64,000 bases of DNA from Octopus vulgaris. Its lineage: Eukaryota. The stretch spans positions 19,158,001 through 19,222,000 of the forward strand of contig OX597815.1 of assembly GCA_951406725.2 (NCBI GenBank), read 5' to 3'. The notes under the pieces are model-generated. The model was not told the DNA's origin and did no database searches. It saw only the letters and a program-made list of their open reading frames with translations. The position numbers and the translations under genes were made by a program. Below are positions 26,808 to 40,269 of the stretch, piece after piece. Every line of letters begins with the position of its first letter. The stretch's first letter is position 1.

Positions 26808-26952
26808 ATAAAGATGGACCTCTTCCTGTCAGGTGTCCCAGATGAACCATCTTCGCGGCAGGTGTGCAGATGAGGGCAACAACATCAAACTCTCTCATGC
26901 ACCAAATGTCAATTGCTAAAAAGCATTCGTGAAGTAAAATCATGTAGCAAGA
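26808..26952 (+). mobile_element. CR1-type LINE (type 2) C-terminal fragment
   Basis: KMDLFLSGVPDEPSSRQ...MRATTSNSLMHQ; homologous to 27840-27950. Confidence 0.7.
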
Positions 26953-27699
26953 CCAATTGGCGTGAGCAGAAGCTAGATGAAATAAAAAAAAAAAGAGATA
27001 ATGCGGAATAGGTTTTCTTCTAATGAAAGCCAGGATATTGCGTTCAATGAAATATATTCAAGCCCAGAAAGCATGATTTAGCTCTATCCTCCGATGCACT
27101 ATAAACTTGAGTTTATATTTGTTCATATTTTGCATAAACTGCATCTCAATAATTGACATGAAATACATAAGTTTCGTGGATGATTTTTACATTTAGAATG
27201 TTATCAGCGAAGTATAAAACTAGAATCTAACCTTTGTGCAATTTGATGGGTAAAATAAAACGATATGTCACTTGGGAAATGAAATGGTACGTCAATAAAA
27301 ATATGCTCTTCACACGAAGGAATCTCCATTAACGTCTAATAATGCCAAAGTTTCGGGAGTAAATATGCTCGTCATACTCAGCTGAAGATCCCGCATTGGC
27401 AATAAAGTTTATATGGCGCATAAGATGGCATTTTCAGTGTTTCCAAACCAGAGATCTCGACATCATCAGCCTATTATCTGCCTCCACACAGACTCATCTA
27501 ATGTGCTGTTATTTCCTGTGGTCTTCTCGTCTTGATTACTAGAGACGCATCAAACCGTTGAGAATCTCTTTTCTCGCATGACGCCTTGTGCGCTGTGTCA
27601 TGTGTACAAAGTAGAAAATGCAGCATCGGTGTGCCCGAAATGTTGAGATCACCAACTTTTAAAACTAGCTCAAAAGCTGGTCCCCGTAATATTTTTTCC

Positions 27700-28030
27700 T
27701 AGAATATCAAAATCCACAAAATCCACACGCTTCAGGACCAGTTACTGCAACAGCCTGGGTTTCAAGGGCCCACAGCTTTCTAATATTCTCCCAAAGAGTC
27801 TGGGGAACTTGCACAAAGTAGATGTAGGGGTTTTTAAATCAAAACTGGACCTATTCCTATCGAGTCCCAGATGAACCTACCTCACGGCAAGAGGTACAAA
27901 TGAGGGTAGCTATATCAAATTCCATGCTTCACCAAGTGCCACATATTAGAGGAGGCTCTTAGTAATAACAGTGTAGCAAAACGGCGGTGCATCAGCATGG
28001 CCACAGCTCTGAGCTGAAACTAGAAAAGGA
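27700..28030 (+). mobile_element. CR1-type LINE (type 2) 3' end
   Basis: CNSLGFKGPQLSNILPKSLGNL...FKSKLDLFLS/PDEP...SNSMLHQ, then a 3' UTR ending ggcggtgcatcagcatggccacagctctgagctgaaac. Confidence 0.78.
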
Positions 28031-29088
28031 AAAAAACATCACCACATTATCCCGTAATCTTTCAACAGCAGCAAGACAAACACCTTCAAGAAATAAAGAA
28101 AGCTCTTAATGACAGATATACTTCAACTAACAACTCTCTCTACTGAAATGAATTATGTTATCACAAAATATGACATTACAAGATAATAATGATTTCTTTT
28201 ATTGGCCACAAGGGCAGAAATAGAAGGCGACTCTCAACAACAATAATGATAACAACAATAATGACGACAATAATTATGATAACAATCATAGTAATGACAT
28301 CAATCACAGTAATACCCATACAGATGATGATAATACAGAAAAGATTTTTATAGTAATATTCACAATAAATATACTAAGTAAGTAACTGTAATGACATTTG
28401 TCCTAAAAGGCTGCCTATAGTTTGTACACATCTGAGTGCAAATAATGATTACCATCTACAAAGCAATGAGACATGTAGAAAATGAAAAACGCAAACTCTC
28501 CTATTGAGAATGTGTTTGAATCGAACAAAAAGTGTACTGGGAAAGAAAGATTCATGTAAATAGATAGAGTATACAATGCAGCTAGTCATATACTAGGATA
28601 CAACATTTTCCGCAAAGTAGACCGTGATAGAAAATAGTGTGCCAAATACTTATAATTGCACCATTACACTAGGTAGTTTTAATGAAAATGATCGCGCTTG
28701 ATTACTATAATTATGTATAATCAAGAACCAACTGTAAAAGGAACAGTCATGATATTCAACGTTTTACTAAAAATTGTGACTAAAAGGAAAGGAAATGCTC
28801 TATGCATAACACAGATAAATGTAGTTTGCTTTCTATAACTGTCTACACTTATATAATAACATGCATATTCAAACATGCGCGCAGGCGCAATATAAATCTA
28901 ATAGATACCAGACCGCAAATCATAGTCGCATTTGTTCACTAGTAAATAGATACGCAGAGATGTACGCCAAACCACGTTCAGACACAGCCACAGCCACTCA
29001 TATGAACGCACCCATATTCAGATCATCGAATTTCAGCAGAAGGCAATTATAAGATATATGGGTGGGTGTTTAGCAAAGGGTACGTATG

Positions 29089-29172
<84 letters not shown>

Positions 29173-29495
29173 TATGTATATATATATATATTTATATATA
29201 CAAACGTATAATGACTCTGCGGAATGGTATGATATGGATATGTCCGTCAATAGGGCAGAAATGTTGGTGTAACAAGCTGGCGGTAATTAAGCCTGGTAAA
29301 CTAAGCATTAGGAGAAAGATTGGAAGTCACTTTGAAATGTTTTCAAGACTAGAGTAACAAAGATAATTATATACATTTTGGCCATCTAAAAGGCGTTATC
29401 TAAATGGAATCTTTCCACTAGATGGATTCCAAAATTTAGGAGCGTTCATATGTTGCATTCACTTATACAATATACAGATATGCATATTTACGTAA

Positions 29496-29597
<102 letters not shown>

Positions 29598-29663
29598 GTT
29601 TGATATGTACATTTATGATATATATATATATATATATATATATACGTTTGATATGTACATTTA

Positions 29664-29695
<32 letters not shown>

Positions 29696-29758
29696 CAAAT
29701 ATTTTTTACATGAACAAAGATATATGTGAGTGCATGTATATATATGTGCTTTGATACG

Positions 29759-29801
<43 letters not shown>

Positions 29802-30729
29802 TATATCTATACATATTTTCATGTGTTCGTGTGTGCATATGAATGTATATTGATATATGCGAGTTACTGTGCTTAACATGTGTTTTATGTGTTCCTCGAA
29901 GCAGATTCGTAAATAGATATTTTAAAGCCCGCAAAATATGTTCCTTTTCATTCGATTTATAATACCATGCCATGTGTCTGTGTGTGTTCCTCTCTGTCTC
30001 TTCCTGCCCCACTTCTTCTCTCTGTCTCTTCCCTATCTATCTTTCTTTCTCTCTCCTGACTACCTAATAAGACCATACTATAATCACGTATATATTTCAC
30101 CTAACACATGTTATTTGTGATACATATCTAAAAGGTCTTTCACTTCTGTCATATGAATCTCTCAAAGATACCTTGCATCAATACGAATCGAGCTCGAACT
30201 CAATAATTACTATTGGTAGAAAATGTATTTTTAGTTACTGCAGGAGACTCAAAACACTCGGGCTTTTAGAATTGAATTATTGGCTTTTATAGTTTTTAGG
30301 GCCTAATCAATTATGACCTAGTAGATCTAGAACCAAAGGTACGCCATATCTGGCTATCTAGACTTTCTGTGCATCTACGATCTTTTTGAAAGTTATTTTT
30401 GAGGGCGTTTTCCCCTCTAGCAGGCCATTTGGTTACCTAGACGGTTTATGTTAATTAAAACGGCATATCTTTCATGTTAAGGCTCTGGTCCATTCAAACT
30501 AGAAATCCAAAGAAGAAAAACGTCTTCTTTTTCAAATAGTGGCCTGTGTTTCCTTGCATTTTTAAAATATATTACAGCACAATCTGAAAGAATTTTATAT
30601 ATATTTTCTCTACAGTTAATTATTCTCTTATCGGTACAGAGGTATATACATGAAAGAAATGCATGAGGTAAAATTAATATACGAGATCGAACACACAGTT
30701 GCACATCATATATACATGCATATGTGTAT

Positions 30730-30838
30730 TTATCTGACTCATACACTGTTCACTTTAAAGACATTTGTACATTACTGCACACGCTTTATACGCACGTTTG
30801 ACAAGTTCTGGTGCACCTGAGCACTGTATACAATAATT

Positions 30839-30892
<54 letters not shown>
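30730..30892 (+). mobile_element. CR1 (type 1) 3' UTR-only insertion with (ATT)n tail
   Basis: tatctgactcatacactgttcactt...ggtgcacctgagcactgtatacaataatttcattatt matches the 3' UTR at 62560-62675. Confidence 0.85.
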
Positions 30893-30893
<1 letters not shown>

Positions 30894-30896
30894 GTA

Positions 30897-30981
<85 letters not shown>

Positions 30982-31530
30982 ATGTAGTTTTAAGAGAACG
31001 GGAATGGATAGATAATTCAAAAATGTAAGAATTAGTTATAACAGAAATTGGATTTTTTTATACCTTGAATAATAAAGTGGTCTTTCGCAACTTGCAAGAA
31101 GGCAGTTGTGGACATGTTTAGGATTTATTAGATCTCATCTGTGAAGTGTAAACTTTCCAAGCCTGCTCGATTCGCACGTATATATTGGACGTGAGTTACG
31201 AGAAATATCTTACATGGTTGCTCAATAACACATTGTGGACCAAGGGAAGTAACTGAAATATATCAGTAGCATGAATTTAGACGACTAATTTAGGTACAAT
31301 TGTACTGAAATTCGTATCCAAAATAAATTGTTAACGAATTAATAAGTGTTTATTATTAATTGGAGCGAAAATGCGAAGAAACAGTTACTTTGTTTTCTGT
31401 TAAGAAAACTGGGTAATTCAGAATTTTCAAAACAAGACGCATTTCCACTTGTAATTGAGTACCTCATTGCCTACCTTAACTATTTAAATAGACAGTTGTA
31501 TGTGAAAATGAATAGGCAAGTGCATTTATA

Positions 31531-32274
31531 GGATCTTTACCTTTTGACCTACAGATTTAAAAAATAATTTTTTGTAACTAAACACTTTCAAACTTCGGAC
31601 ACTGGTAGAATGTGTCATACAAAAACATCTTTTACTCTTAGCATTTTTGAGAAAAACTTATATTTACGAAGTTATTTCACGTTAAAGTTGTCCTATTTCG
31701 GTAATTTCAACCAATCAATGACGTGTATTCAGCTGAATAAAATTACTGGGTTTTTTGTTAACAAGAACTTCCGGCGATGTATATTTCGTTTGTCACTGTT
31801 ATTTATGACAACCCTAACCCTAAAACCCTAACTCTAACCCTAAAACCCTAACCCTAACCCTAAAACCCTAACCTTAAAACCCTAACCCTAACCCTAAAAC
31901 CCTAATCCTAACCCTAAAACCTTAACCCTAACCCTAAAACCCTTACCCTAACTCTGAAACCCTAACTCTAAAACCAGTAGAAACGCACGAACGATGTCAT
32001 AATTAACAGTGACAAACGGAAAATGCACCACCGATAGTTGTAGTTGACAAACAACGGTAGTAATTTTATTCAGCTCAATACACGTCATTGATTGGTTGAA
32101 ATTACCGAAATACGAGAACTTTAACGTGAAATAACTTCGTAAATATAAGTTTTTCTCAAAAATGCTAAGAGTAAAAGATGTTTTATATGATACATTCTAC
32201 CAGTGTCCGAAGTTTGAAAGTGTTTAGTTACAAAAAATTATTTTAAAAATCTGTCGGTCTAAAGGTAGAGATCC
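31531..32274. mobile_element. MITE / non-autonomous DNA transposon with ~280-bp TIRs and 8-bp TSD
   Basis: Termini GGATC...GATCC. TIRs ~31531-31810 and ~31995-32274. TSD catttata at 31523-31530 and 32275-32282. Confidence 0.92.
31811..31975. repeat. Telomere-like (TAACCC)2(TAAAACCC) 20-bp higher-order repeat inside the MITE
   Basis: accctaaccctaaaaccctaactctaaccctaaaaccctaaccctaaccctaaaa... Confidence 0.9.
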
Positions 32275-34050
32275 CATTTATATTTGTTAGGATTTCTGAG
32301 TGGATGCGAACATGTATGTAATACTCCCATCACAGCAATGACACGCTCCCTTCAACAATATTCTATGATTTAGTTTGTATGTTTAAGGTTAGGATCATTG
32401 CAGTTACGTGACATGCATCAAAATACATACATAGAAACAACAATTCTAATTGACATCTATCGTCCAATCATTAAAGCTAATCATGCATTAAGGTTAACTG
32501 CTGATTATGAACGCTAAATTGCAAAGCGCAAGTGTATTAGTTTAAAGCAAGTACCACATTTCTCTGAGTAATGTTATTCATTAAATAAACATATGCGTGA
32601 CAATCTACAAAATGTAAAGCGGAAGTATATATAAGCTGACAATATCGATAAGCAACGGCAGCTAAATTCCTTGAAATGAACATTTTAAAGCCTTAAAAAC
32701 CGAAGGTAATATTTAAAAACAATATAGACCTAGATAGATAAAGACGGTTCTGAGCACGGTTTGAACGTTTATAATAATATATAGACTGAACCAGGAGGGG
32801 CTTAGCGTTAAGCCACAAGATGTGAGAGTAAGCAACCATATGAATACCCATGTGAAAACCTAGTCGCAGGGAATGAACTAGGGAATCTGCATCATATAGT
32901 CACCTTCATGTGAAAATAAATGTGGACGGGTTTTATTTAATCGAACTTTAAGAATTATATCGATCTCTCTTTTTTCAATGCATTCATGTTTCCAATCTAC
33001 CAGTCGCACACTATCAGGATTTTATAATTTGCTGAAGTTTCATGCCGAGTAGCAAACGTAAACCTATACTATCAAGATAAATATATGTAACAAATGCAGG
33101 TACTTTGAGCCACATACAATTAATGGGACTCGTAGTAAGCTTTCGCATGACCAAGAAAATACACCACTTTTGTTTTAGTCAAACTTCCCTTTTGAAAACC
33201 TTTGCAAACTTTATTGCAGCTCAATTTCTGAATGTGCAACTGGATCCCATTTGTCAGTATAACGTATATTTCTGTATATTTTGATAAATTTATTGATGTA
33301 TGACTGTTAACTTTACAGAAGTGTTGGATATATTTTTATAGTGCTAATTATATGCGTCAAGTTAAGCATCTATATATGATGGAAATAATATAATTTGTGT
33401 GAATTAAAATACATGTTCCCATGAAAATGCAGATTTTGTCATCTTAAAACTTCATGAGTTACATAATAATCTGTAGAGAAAAGGACCCTTTGATTATTCG
33501 TATCGAAATTATTGAAGCATGGTATTATATGCTGTCGTAAATGAAATTAACTGCAACAGATCAAGCGAAATAACCAAAACTAAGTTTGACTTACGAACGA
33601 CATTTAATAGTGTACAGTTTCTCCATTAATTTATCACCCAGCCATTATATGTATATACTTAACGTTAAAATTTATACTTCTTACTATTTTTTTAGTAGTT
33701 TGCAGAGTATACTACAATATAGTATAAAATCATCATTTTCGATCTGTTCATTAGCAAATTCAAACAGTAAAATATTTCCAAATACAAAAGTTTAAAGATA
33801 TTTATTTCTTTATAGTTACCAATTTATAAAAGAAGATTGTGGTTGACTGAGTCATGCAAAAAAGAGCTGCATGTTAAAACAATATTCCACTTGAACCTTC
33901 ATTTGCTATTAAAATAATGAACATTGGTGTGGAATGTTTCATCGATAACTTCGTTTGATTCTGTGAAAATTCTTGAAATCTAACAAAGAAATTCATGCAA
34001 AATGCTAAATAATACTGTATAATAAATACATCACCTAGACGAACAGTGAG

Positions 34051-34220
34051 TCAATGTTAACTGAATATCTTATTTTGATTTATTAACTTTTACTGTCCTT
34101 TTTTTTATTCAAATTTAAACTTATTAACGTATTTTTTCTCTCCTTTTAGGTAAGATTTGTTCGCTTGAAGTAAGCCGTATATTTGCATGTAGCTTGTGGC
34201 AATTCGGTATTCCTGTGAGT
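34051..34220 (+). promoter_or_regulatory. Candidate recursive splice site (3'SS immediately followed by 5'SS) with downstream cryptic donor
   Basis: No AG in 34051-34147; ttattaac branch-point-like motif; ttttttctctccttttAG|GTAAGA at 34148-34155; further donors GTAAGC (34170) and GTGAGT (34215). Confidence 0.5.
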
Positions 34221-35253
34221 ATAATTATCCCTTATAAATCACCCGTATTCTTAAAGGTAACAGCCCTCAGCTTCACAGCTAATTTTCTAATGGTGACACC
34301 GACTATATTTTAGCCATCTCAGAACAACTAATTTTCATACTTCCCTTAGAATTTTATCAGAATTTATCGATAGAATATATTTTTATTTGTTTACTAATAC
34401 ATACATCACTTCTTATATTTTGATATACATAGACATTTTGACGAATAGGTCTTGTCATATCTGTAAATCATGCTCTCTTTCAAGTTACAGGATTTTGTAT
34501 TAGTGCACTATAATATAATTATGTTATTCTTGATGACTTTATCTAGATTGTTTGTTTTCCTACAGTCTTGTGTATTGTTTCTAATATAGCAAATAACCAG
34601 TAAAGTAAAATTGTTATAATACTGTTCTGTTGATCGAATTATACATATGCTCTTAAAAATATTTTCTCTTGGACGCTACTTGTGTGGTCTGTAGCAGATA
34701 CAGGAAGGTATATTTACTTTGGGGGAATTTAAATACGTAAAATATAATGAGATAATTTAACATTAAGTGTACTAGTAAATCTTAAAGGAAGAAATAAAGT
34801 ATCGGAAGGAATTTCATAAAGAAGCGGTTGAAATCTGCCCTGCTATAAATTAACAAGATATATGATATGTGCATCAGGGACTGTAATTATATTTTTGTTT
34901 GGCAACAAAATAAAAAAAACGAAATAACTATGAAAATTTTCTGAAAATGAAATAAACAAAACCAATACTAAGCATCGAATATAGAATTTTAAACAAAAAA
35001 GAGAAAATAAGGAAAAAACACACCTCGTACGTTTATTTTAGATATATTTTACTTCTGAATGTTGTCCTTTGAGATGTTTAACATCTACTCGTAATATATT
35101 TTCATATTCTGGAATTTGCAAAGAGAATATTACCCCACCCCTACGAAGTTTTATTTGCATTTGAACGGTGGTGCAGTTAGTATTAATGCTATTAAAAGTA
35201 ACATTGTTATTAGTACCCTAATCAAATAATAATAATAACACAACAACAACAGC

Positions 35254-35332
<79 letters not shown>

Positions 35333-35333
<1 letters not shown>

Positions 35334-35638
35334 GGTACAAGAACTGAAATTTGGAGGAGGATGCTAGTCGGTCTCACCGACCTCAGTGGTCAGCTAGTAC
35401 TAACCTTATCGACCTCAAAAGGCCAAAAGGCAAACGACTCAGAAATAAGTCAGAAGACATACCGCTACATACTTTGCCCGGCGCGGTAAAGTTTTTGTCA
35501 GCTCGCCGCCAATAAGAAGAATATTCCTTTCTTCTATAGACACAAGGGACAAAACCTTAGCGGAGAAGAATAGTCAATTTTATCGACCCCAGGACTTGAC
35601 TAGTACTTGTTTTATCTACCTCGAAAAGATGAACGGCA

Positions 35639-35640
<2 letters not shown>
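35333..35640 (-). mobile_element. Two old family A-related SINE remnants between (TAA)n arrays
   Basis: ttatcgacc...aaaggcaaa...gctcgccgcc and tatcgacccc...agtacttgttttatc...aaagatgaacggcaaa. Confidence 0.65.
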
Positions 35641-35689
<49 letters not shown>

Positions 35690-35690
<1 letters not shown>

Positions 35691-36098
35691 TACTGAGAAA
35701 CTATAAAGATCTTGAAATAGAAATTGGCAAAATGTGGAACCGCAAGACTAAAACAGTACCTGTTGTCATAGTTGCCCTAGGAATCATAGCAAAAGGGGCG
35801 GATTGCTACCTAGCTCAGATACCAGGAAACCCAAAATGGCAGAAATTCAAAAGATAGTGCGCATGGGAACTGCCAATATCCTACGTAAAATACTGTCTGT
35901 GTAATCTCAAATATTAAAACAAACTCGTAATTTTCTTATGGTTTCTTAAACATTCTCTAGAACAATACTATATGCAAAACCAAATATATGACACCCTAGG
36001 CATAACACCAACATGAACTTCTAACTTGTTGTCTCTTGAGGTTTCTGGGTGAGACTTGGAACCAACTTGTATAAATGCAAGGCAAAAGCAAAACATAA

Positions 36099-36100
<2 letters not shown>
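35690..36100 (+). mobile_element. R4/Dong-clade 5'-truncated insertion inside (TAA)n
   Basis: YKDLEIEIGKMWNRKTKTVPVVIVALG...IQKIVRMGTANILRKILSV* plus 3' UTR; pure (TAA)n on both sides. Confidence 0.88.
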
Positions 36101-36157
<57 letters not shown>

Positions 36158-36159
36158 TG

Positions 36160-36245
<86 letters not shown>

Positions 36246-36310
36246 AAGAAGAAGAAGAAGAAGAAGAACAAGAACAAGAAGAAGAAGAACAACAACAACA
36301 ACAACAACAA
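36101..36310. repeat. Compound (TAA)n-(GAA)n-(CAA)n array
   Basis: Directly visible. Confidence 0.95.
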
Positions 36311-36314
36311 AACA

Positions 36315-36624
<310 letters not shown>

Positions 36625-36651
36625 TAATAATAATAATAATAATAATAATAA

Positions 36652-36745
<94 letters not shown>

Positions 36746-36749
<4 letters not shown>

Positions 36750-36875
36750 GAACGAACTAGTGAGTTTAGTTTTCATGGCCTACCAATGTATACTATGAGT
36801 TTCTTTGCCCTAGGAGTCGGGAAGACACTCGGCAAGAAATGGAAGCAAATTTGAAAGAAGAAGAAGAAAAAATAC

Positions 36876-36910
<35 letters not shown>

Positions 36911-37036
36911 GAACGAACTAGTGAGTTTAGTTTTCATGGCCTACCAATGTATACTATGAGTTTCTTTGCCCTAGGAGTCGTGAAGACACTCGGCAAGAAA
37001 TGGAAGCAAATTTGAAAGAAGAAGAAAAAAAAATAC
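36746..37036 (+). repeat. Two near-identical ~130-bp units separated and flanked by (TAA)n
   Basis: 36746-36875 and 36907-37036 differ by about one substitution plus A-run length. Possibly Dong-type 3' UTR stubs. Confidence 0.85.
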
Positions 37037-37098
<62 letters not shown>

Positions 37099-37109
37099 AT
37101 ACTACTTAA

Positions 37110-40100
37110 TTAATTTCCTCAATTAGCCACAGGGACATAATTGAGAGGGACATCACAAAGACGGACAGTTGTTTGTGTAGAGGTTTATATAGAAGATGGG
37201 GAGAAAGAAACGAAAAGGAAAGTCAAATGCGATAAAAGTGTACATAGTATGCAAAGTATGTGATAACTTGAATGATACAGTCCACCTGAAACATGGGTAA
37301 CTCCAGCTGAGTCAATCAAAGAAACCACAGAAACATGGGAAACTCCAATTGAGTTAATCAAATAACCCACCAAAGTAGGAGCCCTCTCTCCTGCTCTCCA
37401 ATTTAGAGACACATTCATAGAGTAGGGCCATTCTCTCAAACCATTTTTGCCATAGGCTCTCATCTTTTCGCAAGTTCAGTGGGAGGTAGCACTTTCCTCT
37501 CCACCCTCGCTTCTTTCTTTTCCAACTGGAACTTAAAAAGCCGATGAGAGTTTGATCAAAGTGGAAGATATCTTTATTCAAACCTTTCAGCTTCGTCCAC
37601 CACGCAAACTCTTTCGCCATAGTCACTAGACAGGGAGCACTACCTGCTTGGTTTTGTTAAATATGGATGGTTGAGCGATACTCACGATGATGAATTCGGC
37701 CGATAGTCGGTTTCGTCTCATACGTTATAACAGCGATTGGATATAATTCCATAAGTCAGCAATACTCGGACTTGAACGTGATCTCATCTGCCGACACAGC
37801 TCTCCCGCCTGCTCGGAAGGGACGTCTCTCAAGAGATCTTGCAACAAAGGCTCGAGCGACAGAACATATACAAGAGATGAGGTAGGGCCCTCTAACGGAT
37901 TGAGCGCAACATAGTTAGCGGTTCTGAAGCGGCGTTTACTTTTACCACTGGGCAAGCGCCAGTGTGCATTGTTGCGATGCAGCCACTGAAAAGGAGTCCG
38001 AAATGAACTACTTTTAAGACTGCTATGAGGCAGTGATGGTCGACCCAATGAAAGGCTTTGAATTGATTCAAATTAGTCACAACCACACCGATACCAGAGT
38101 TGCTATCCATTCCCTCTATGATGCTACGCATGAGGGGAGTACTGTCATAGATGATTCTATTGGGGATTGCACACATTTGAGCTTCCCCGACCAAACAGAC
38201 AATGACATCGCCAAACTCTTTACCCTAAAGATTTAAATTCAGTTGGAATGGTTATAGGCCGGAAATTGTGTGTAATATCCCCCTGTATTGACTTCCTTTC
38301 TCAACAAAGTTAACACACCTCGGCTCACAGACATGGGAATTTCTCCCTTTTTGCTGTTATATGCGTTTGCCAAAAAGTCACTAAATAACTATGGCATATA
38401 ACCATAAAATTCATAGGACAAATCGTCCAAACCAGACGATCTGTCCCCTGCGTAACCATTCAATTCTTGTATCTTAGTTGCTGTTATTGACCTTTCAAAA
38501 CGCCTAACCTCTTCTTCCGAGGGTTGAGGTAGGCTGCCGAAGTAGATACTAAAATCTCTAAGTCTCTGTAGTTCATCGCAGTACGTGCCTATCCTGAGCT
38601 GTCAAAAACTGAATTGTGCTTTTGTTACCTCGCGAAGACTCCACTACCCGAGACCACTTGATGGCGACCATTCATCCTTGTTTTAACACGAGAAATTGTC
38701 AAGGGCCATCCTTGCTGCTAGCACGTTGGTCGCGATGTCACTTCTAATTGCCTCTTCCTACCATTTGCTCCTTACTAAATGCTATTGACTCAAATCTAAT
38801 TGCCCTCTTCAGAGTTCATCGCCAACTATTATTGACTATTGCCCCCATTAGATGTCTCTTAACTAGCTATCTAATCAAGTCTCTTTTGGGGCTGTTTGCG
38901 CTGGGGAACTCGCGTTCAACCTACTGTGGCCGTGCCCCTGTCTATGAGTCCTATCTAAGGCGACAGTGAAGATCAGAAATTTATGATCTGTGTAGCCGGT
39001 CAGTTTCAATTGTGGGCACCCTAACATATCTTTGTCAGTTAACTTAAATCAACGTAGGCATGATCTGGAAGACACATTGTAGTTATTCCAAGTCTACATT
39101 GGCACATCTGGGAGATCCAATACCTGCCAGACAGTTGGAAACGTCTGAGCATGGTTTCGAGGTTTTTGCATCGCCTTTTATGTGTTAACCCTACACAATC
39201 CCGGCGTGCGTCCAAAATACCATTCCAGTCCCCAACTCGAACTAAAGAATGTGATGTTCCTAGGAAGGAAAGAAGAAATATGGCCGTCCATCCCCAGTCC
39301 GAAGACACTGCCTTTACTGTCACTCACATGTAGTACTACCAGCGTACCTGCACAATCCAGAAAGATCGACTGCACCTCTAATCCCAATTCTTCTCAGAAA
39401 AGCACTCCTACTCCACCGTCCGATCCTGTCAGACTACAAACTAAGTACGTCTTGTAGTTGTGCAGTATTAGGCTCAGTGCGTGTGTCCCAAAAATTCTGC
39501 TTTCAGCAATGGGTAGCTCGTCTAAGTCAAGTGATCTGAGGTCACTGAGTTAGTGGCCTTGTGTCCAAGCTGATCCCAGACCACATACATTGATACATCC
39601 TACTCTGAGTGCCACCGTATTTATTGAAGAAAATACCGAGAGAGTTTACTAAACCGGCGTCGCTTTGATTCATGTCCAGTGACAGATGGCCTGTTCTTTT
39701 GGGGTGGGTGTCCCTTGAAAGACCCTTGTAATAAAGGTCTATTTAATGATTTTTGAAAGCCCCACACTCCCTACGAAGTTATTCAAGAGAGTGTGACAAA
39801 TCTGACATGATGTTTTTATTAGGTTTCTCTCTTCAGGTGTTTGGGGGATGAGTTTTTCAAATTCTTCCCCATCTACTTCGGTTTCGTATTTGTGATGTTT
39901 TCTATGTAATCCATTAATTTCTTGTTGTTTCTGTCTATCAAGGTGAAATTCAGTTTTCTAATTGAGTGTTTCGTTGTTACTTTTGATGGTTTTGCTGTTG
40001 TTGTTTGTGTGTTTTCTTCTTCTTGTTGTGCTTGTGATCTTTCTTCTTGTTGTGTAGGTGTGTTTTTAGTTATTGTGCTCGTATTTTTCTTGTTGTAGGG

Positions 40101-40260
40101 GTTACACTGGGGGTTTGGTTGTTGTAATTACGGTTTTTATGGTTTGTTGTTTTTGTTATTCATGGTGTTGTTTTGGTGCATATGTTGATTTGTGAAAATT
40201 TGAGGTGTTTTGGTGTGTGTCGTCTTTATATTTGGTTTTTGGAAGAGGACTCACAGTTTT
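37110..40260 (-). mobile_element. Tx1/L1-clade LINE, decayed and internally deleted (low-complexity ORF1 end, APE, RT, 3' UTR)
   Basis: APE start VALRVGCINVCGL (~39616), then VRVGDWNGILDA. RT pieces QMCAIPNRIIYD, NLNQFKAFHWVDH, LVYVLSLEPLL. Many stops and frameshifts. 3' end next to (TAA)n. Confidence 0.85.
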
Positions 40261-40269
40261 TGAGGAGAC

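Noticed and set aside
31811-31975. True telomere or chromosome fusion site
   Set aside because: Short, degenerate, single orientation and enclosed in TIRs with a TSD.
37110-40260. Active LINE or domesticated RT gene
   Set aside because: Many stops, frameshifts and internal deletions; catalytic motifs are degraded.
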